Virus record (IMG/VR): IMGVR_UViG_3300032242_001235 | Span: 1 to 64,000 of that record | Origin: a virus | Length of the DNA: 64,000 nucleotides | Reading direction: 5' to 3' (one strand) | In this document: positions 59,337-64,000 of the stretch, one piece after another | Numbering within the stretch: the stretch's first letter is position 1 | How the letters are laid out: the number at the start of each line of letters is the position of its first letter | Position numbers and translations under genes: made by a program | The notes under the pieces: generated by a model | The model's database searches: none | Told to the model about the DNA's origin: nothing | Seen by the model: the letters and a program-made list of their open reading frames with translations, nothing else

Positions 59337-60923
59337 ATGGCAAAAAGTTTAGACGGCAATTTAGTAAAAAAGGCACACGCTACTCAACGGTGGAGTGACG
59401 ATGACCTTCAACATATGGCCGCTTGCATGGACATGATTGATGGACCAAAGTATTTCTTAGATAATTTCTTTTTTATTCAACATCCTACTAAAGGTAAGAT
59501 ACAATATAAAGCGTTTGACTATCAAGAAAGATTATTAGACAGCTATCACGGACATCGATTTAGTGTAAACATGTTAGGTCGTCAGATGGGTAAGACTACC
59601 ACTGCTGTAGGATACTTGCTATGGTATGGCATGTTCGTGCCTAATAGTACTATCTTAATATCTGCTCACAAGTTTACTGGTGCCCAAGAAATTATGCAAC
59701 GCTTGCGATATGCATACGAAACTTGCCCTGATTTTATTCGTGCAGGTGTTACAAGTTACAATAAACAAAGTATTGAATTTGATAACGGTAGTCGTATTGT
59801 TGCACAAACAACAACTGAAACAACAGGTCGTGGTATGTCTGTATCTTTATTATACTGCGACGAGTTTGCCTATGTTGAACCAAACATTGCTGTAGAGTTT
59901 TGGACATCCATTTCGCCTACACTAGCAACTGGTGGTAAAGCAATTATTACTTCTACACCAAACAGTGACGAAGATCAATTTGCGCAAATTTGGAATGAAG
60001 CCAACAAGAGATTTGACGAATCTGGCAATTCAACTGAATTGGGTAAAAACGGATTTTTCCCATGTATTGCTATTTGGAGTGAACATCCTGACCGTGATGA
60101 AAAATGGAAAAGCGAAGAAGTATCTCGAGTAGGATACGAAAGATTCCAACGAGAACACGAGTGTGAATTCTTGATCTTTGACGAGACATTAATTAATAGC
60201 ATTTGTTTGTCTGGAATGTCAGGGATAGAACCTCTTATGAAAATGGGTGAAGCCCGTTGGTATAAAAAGATTAAACCACAAAATACATATATTGCAAGTT
60301 TGGACCCTAGTTTAGGCACTGGGGGAGACTTTGCTGCTATTGAAATTTTAGAATTACCTAGTATGGATCAAGTGTGTGAATGGCGAAGTAATATGACTCC
60401 TATTCAAAGTCAAGTTAGGATCTTACGGGACTTATTAAATCACATTGAAGAAAAATGTCAAAAAACTGGAATTAAATCCAGCATTTACTACACTGTAGAA
60501 AATAACACACTAGGTGAAAGTGCCCTAATGGCTATTGAAGCATTGGGTGAAGAATCATTCCCTGGATTGTTTTTGAGTGAACCAGTTAAACGCGGGCATG
60601 TGCGTAGATTTCGTCGTGGATTTAATACAACACACGGCTCTAAAATTGCATCGTGTGCCAAGTTCAAACAGTTATTGGAAACTAGTAAATTGAATGTTTT
60701 TAGTAAAATATTAATTAGTGAACTAAAAACATTCGTGGCCAGCGGCACAACATTTAAAGCTAAAGGCGGGCAACATGATGATTTGGTTAGCGCAATGTTG
60801 CTGTGTGTTCGTATGATTTTAACTTTACAAGAGTGGGATCCGTTAATTTATGACAAAATGCGAGATCAGGACGGGTTAGCAGAGTACGATTTGCCCATGC
60901 CAATCTATATCAGTCAATATTGA
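59337..60923 (+). CDS. gp17: Terminase large subunit
   Basis: Walker A RQMGKTT; Walker B LLYCDEFA; TSTP; nuclease motifs LDPS.G.GGD, ENN and HDDLV. Confidence 0.96.
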   Translation: MAKSLDGNLVKKAHATQRWSDDDLQHMAACMDMIDGPKYFLDNFFFIQHPTKGKIQYKAFDYQERLLDSYHGHRFSVNMLGRQMGKTTTAVGYLLWYGMFVPNSTILISAHKFTGAQEIMQRLRYAYETCPDFIRAGVTSYNKQSIEFDNGSRIVAQTTTETTGRGMSVSLLYCDEFAYVEPNIAVEFWTSISPTLATGGKAIITSTPNSDEDQFAQIWNEANKRFDESGNSTELGKNGFFPCIAIWSEHPDRDEKWKSEEVSRVGYERFQREHECEFLIFDETLINSICLSGMSGIEPLMKMGEARWYKKIKPQNTYIASLDPSLGTGGDFAAIEILELPSMDQVCEWRSNMTPIQSQVRILRDLLNHIEEKCQKTGIKSSIYYTVENNTLGESALMAIEALGEESFPGLFLSEPVKRGHVRRFRRGFNTTHGSKIASCAKFKQLLETSKLNVFSKILISELKTFVASGTTFKAKGGQHDDLVSAMLLCVRMILTLQEWDPLIYDKMRDQDGLAEYDLPMPIYISQY

Positions 60924-60936
60924 GCTAAATATTATA

Positions 60937-63027
60937 ATGAAAGCTATATCCATAATCAGTCAGGATCTATTTGACAAGGTCCGCAGCCGTTTTAGTAACC
61001 TAGAGATGGGTGATGAAACAGGCGCAGTTACCATTGATCCTTTAGAAGCAAGATTTTTTGATTTTGACTTTGTTCACGAATCTCAAAATTTGGGAAGAGT
61101 CAGCATCAGTTTAAATGATCTGGGCAGTTTAAAAGTATATTACAGTCAAGGTATTACAGAAAATCAAGATGACCCAGTTAAGCATGAGTGGTTTCGTTTT
61201 TTAAAAGAAATGCGATTCTTTGCCATGAGAAGATTGTTGAGATTTGATACACGCGATATTGCTAAAACAAATTTAGATAAAAAAGATTTTCAACACCTGG
61301 CCACTACACAAGGCCCAAAGGAAGAACCCGAAATGAATACAATGAACGAATCCCGTTGGAACGAAAAGAGCAGCAAAAAAACTAGCCGCGCAATTCAAGG
61401 TAAGACAGAAGTTATTGTTCGTCATGCTAGACCAGTAGATGAAGAATACGCAGGTTCAAGAAGCCAACGCAAAAATATTAAGGCAATTTTTATTCAAAAC
61501 GCAGACGGTGAACGCTTCAAATATCCATTTGTACATCCAGCAGGTGCGTTTGCAATGGCACAACATGTGGACCACGGTGGTATTCCACACGATCCAGCAG
61601 GCAAAGCAATTATTAGAATGAGCGAGGAAATCGCCAAGTTACAAGAATTCCAGAGAAAAATTAACAAAGCTACTTTGCACGATGACGCAACAGGTATTAC
61701 AGAACGCGCCATAGGCCGTCTACAAGAACTAAAAGCAACAGTAGATTCTTTAGGTAAAAGACACCACTACGAAAATTGGATGGCAGGTTTCCAAGAAGAT
61801 CCTATGATGGATGACGGTCTAGAAATGGACGAAGTTACCATGGAAGAATACAAACAAAAATTTACACAGACCAGTTTCCAAGAAGAATTGAGCGCTTACT
61901 TCCCATTGCTACACCGCATCATGGGCGAAGCAAATAAAATTGATCTTGAGTCATATGTTGAGGAGAATGTGTCTGAAGTATTTGATATTGGTATGGGAAA
62001 AGCTAGTCATGGCCGCACAGGTCCAGAAAATGAGTTTGAAGACTGGGCCAACGCCACTGAACAGAACAAACTAACTGACGACCAGGTAGCAGAATTGAAA
62101 TCTGCATTGGGCGACTATGCAACTGGTAATGCAGACTTACAATTAGGTCCAGATGGACAAACAGCCGCAGAATTCTTCAGTCACTTTGGTCTTGACGATA
62201 ATGATTTGAAAGACAAATTGGCCTCTGCTGCTGATTTAGATCCAGAATCTGATCCAATTGAAGCATTGAAATCATGGGCAAAAGAAAGTTATCCTGAACT
62301 ACTAGTAGCATTGGGATTGAGTGACACTAATGCTCCTGCAGAGCCTGCTCCAGAACAACCAGTAGCAGAATCTGTGGAAGATAGAACAAGTTATCAAGTT
62401 GCTAAAATATTAGCAGACAAGGGTATTGAGTATGATCCAGAAAGCGAAGGCGAATTAGTCAAAGCAATCGGCATGGTACTTGTTAAAGAATTAAACATGA
62501 GTCCAGCACAGGCAAGATCTATAATCAACAGTGAAGACTTCCTAAGTGATACTATGGGAGAACTAAGATACATGGGTCAACAAGGAATGGAAGAAAACGA
62601 AGAAGCTGGTGGCATGCCTAACACATCTATGCCAACTCGTGAAGCAATTGTTAAAGAAGTTGCCAAACTAGTTAAGAGTCGTTTCAATGGTGACAATCCA
62701 GAAGTAGGCCCATTCAATGGCGTTCCAAACATTGCTCTAGATGTTAAGAAAAAATGCGCAGAAATGTTTGGTGAAGAAGTTGGTGACCAAGCCGAAGGTT
62801 TAGCATTACAGTTTATGGAAAAGCTAAGTCAAAAATGGGAAGCTGAACATGGTCAAATCGGTGATGACGGCCTTGCTCGTTTGAAAGAACTATTAGGAAA
62901 TGTTAAATCCAAAGTAGAAGGTATCGGCGATGTTACCCAAAATGGTCATGCTCCAGGCAACAACATCATGTCATCAGAGGAAACAGCTTTTGAATCGTTG
63001 ATGAGAATGATTAACTTCAAAAAATAA
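60937..63027 (+). CDS. Large acidic hypothetical late protein
   Basis: 696 aa; TAAATA 5 nt upstream; several hydrophobic-x-E-[S/N] sites between segments. Confidence 0.7.
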   Translation: MKAISIISQDLFDKVRSRFSNLEMGDETGAVTIDPLEARFFDFDFVHESQNLGRVSISLNDLGSLKVYYSQGITENQDDPVKHEWFRFLKEMRFFAMRRLLRFDTRDIAKTNLDKKDFQHLATTQGPKEEPEMNTMNESRWNEKSSKKTSRAIQGKTEVIVRHARPVDEEYAGSRSQRKNIKAIFIQNADGERFKYPFVHPAGAFAMAQHVDHGGIPHDPAGKAIIRMSEEIAKLQEFQRKINKATLHDDATGITERAIGRLQELKATVDSLGKRHHYENWMAGFQEDPMMDDGLEMDEVTMEEYKQKFTQTSFQEELSAYFPLLHRIMGEANKIDLESYVEENVSEVFDIGMGKASHGRTGPENEFEDWANATEQNKLTDDQVAELKSALGDYATGNADLQLGPDGQTAAEFFSHFGLDDNDLKDKLASAADLDPESDPIEALKSWAKESYPELLVALGLSDTNAPAEPAPEQPVAESVEDRTSYQVAKILADKGIEYDPESEGELVKAIGMVLVKELNMSPAQARSIINSEDFLSDTMGELRYMGQQGMEENEEAGGMPNTSMPTREAIVKEVAKLVKSRFNGDNPEVGPFNGVPNIALDVKKKCAEMFGEEVGDQAEGLALQFMEKLSQKWEAEHGQIGDDGLARLKELLGNVKSKVEGIGDVTQNGHAPGNNIMSSEETAFESLMRMINFKK

Positions 63028-63049
63028 TTGGTAAAAAAATACCAATTTT
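63026..63049 (+). terminator. Possible weak terminator
   Basis: AATTGGTA-AAAAAA-TACCAATT followed by TT, overlapping the stop codon. Confidence 0.4.
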
Positions 63050-63063
63050 AACAACCGTATAGG

Positions 63064-63092
63064 TTGCGAAGATAAATAAAAGTACATATACT
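63064..63092 (+). promoter_or_regulatory. Sigma70-type promoter with nested late promoter upstream of gp32
   Basis: TTGCGA-N17-TATACT, with TAAATA at 63073-63078 inside the spacer. Confidence 0.65.
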
Positions 63093-63173
63093 AGTTGTAT
63101 GTACTTTTTCTTTTGTAGGCAGTGTTTTACAGAAGAATGGCATAACATTTAACATTATTAAGGAAAAATCATT

Positions 63174-64000
63174 ATGGCAACTTTAGCAGAAATCCGCGCG
63201 AAGCTTCAAGCTTCTTCACAACAAAACAGCAATAGCCAAGGCGGTGGCGACAATGCAATCTATGCGCATTGGAATATTGCAGAAGGTCAAACAGCAACAG
63301 TTCGTTTCCTTCCTGACGCTGATCCCAACAACACTTTTTTCTGGATTGAACGAGCAATGATCAAATTGCCTTTCGCCGGTGTCAAAGGTGATACAAATTC
63401 TAAACCAGTTACTGTACAAGTCCCTTGTATGGAAATGTGGGGTGAACAATGCCCAGTATTGACAGAAGTTCGTCCATGGTTTAAAGATAAAAACTTGGAA
63501 GAAATGGGTCGTAAGTACTGGAAGAAGAAATCTTACTTGTTCCAAGGTATTGTAGTTGATAGCAAACTACAAGAAGACAAGGTTCCTGAGAATCCAATTC
63601 GCCGCTTTATCATGAGCAGCCAAATTTTTAACATTGTTAAGAATGCTTTGATGGACAGTGAGATTGAAGAATTGCCAACAGACTATGTTCGTGGCTTGGA
63701 TTTCAAGATTGCTAAAACTAGCAAAGGTGGCTATGCTGATTACACAACTTCTAACTGGAGTCGTCGTGAACGAGCATTGAGCGAAGCTGAAAATGCAGCT
63801 ATTCAGCAATATGGTTTGTTTGATTTGAAATCATTCTTGCCTAAGAAGCCAACTGATGTTGAACTCAAAGTTATCAAAGAAATGTTTGAAGCATCTGTTG
63901 ATGGTGAAGCATTTGACATGGATCGTTGGGGTCAATATTACAAGCCAGATGGTATGCGTGGTAACTACAACGCCGGTGGTAACACTGCTCCAGCAGCAGC
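63174..64000 (+). CDS. gp32: Single-stranded DNA-binding protein (T4 gp32-like), 3' truncated; absent from the ORF track
   Basis: Manual translation: MATLAEIRAKL...W......ATVRFLPD...PCMEMWGEQCPVL...KKSY....V..D...PEN...IF...DFKI.K..KGGYADY..S; AAGGA RBS. Confidence 0.92.
   Translation, partial: MATLAEIRAKLQASSQQNSNSQGGGDNAIYAHWNIAEGQTATVRFLPDADPNNTFFWIERAMIKLPFAGVKGDTNSKPVTVQVPCMEMWGEQCPVLTEVRPWFKDKNLEEMGRKYWKKKSYLFQGIVVDSKLQEDKVPENPIRRFIMSSQIFNIVKNALMDSEIEELPTDYVRGLDFKIAKTSKGGYADYTTSNWSRRERALSEAENAAIQQYGLFDLKSFLPKKPTDVELKVIKEMFEASVDGEAFDMDRWGQYYKPDGMRGNYNAGGNTAPAA

Noticed and set aside
59337-60923. Intein or intron in terminase or other core genes
   Set aside because: 528-aa continuous ORF with normally spaced motifs and no intein terminal signatures

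Overview
The whole window is the virion-morphogenesis region of a large, AT-rich, distantly T4-related contractile-tailed phage, read in the standard genetic code. In order it carries: (1) the 3' end of the major capsid gene (gp23); (2) two paralogous 'MGRP' proteins, one with a PA14 domain; (3) about 38 kb of giant fibre/adhesin genes: a 2566-aa beta-helix protein with nine helical CxRD-type repeats, Gly/Thr-rich fibres sharing one module, two poly-LamG proteins with about 7 and 12 domains, and a beta-propeller fibre; (4) a small island of 2OG-Fe(II) oxygenase, cupin and Gly-rich genes; (5) an inverted NUDIX-gp15-gp14 block diverging from gp13; (6) dNMP kinase, an HNH-like Zn protein, sheath gp18, tube gp19, a tube paralogue, a collagen-like fibre, gp4, small and large terminase and acidic prohead-type proteins; (7) the 5' part of gp32, which the ORF track misses. 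The most notable observations are: phycobiliprotein-like C-x-R-D repeats in the giant virion protein; systematic TAAATA-N5-ATG spacing that implies leaderless late mRNAs; a compact pseudoknotted leader RNA after gp23; repeated C-terminal/N-terminal domain pairs that suggest daisy-chained fibres; and a 17-nt motif shared by two late leaders. All calls come from manual motif recognition; no searches were run.
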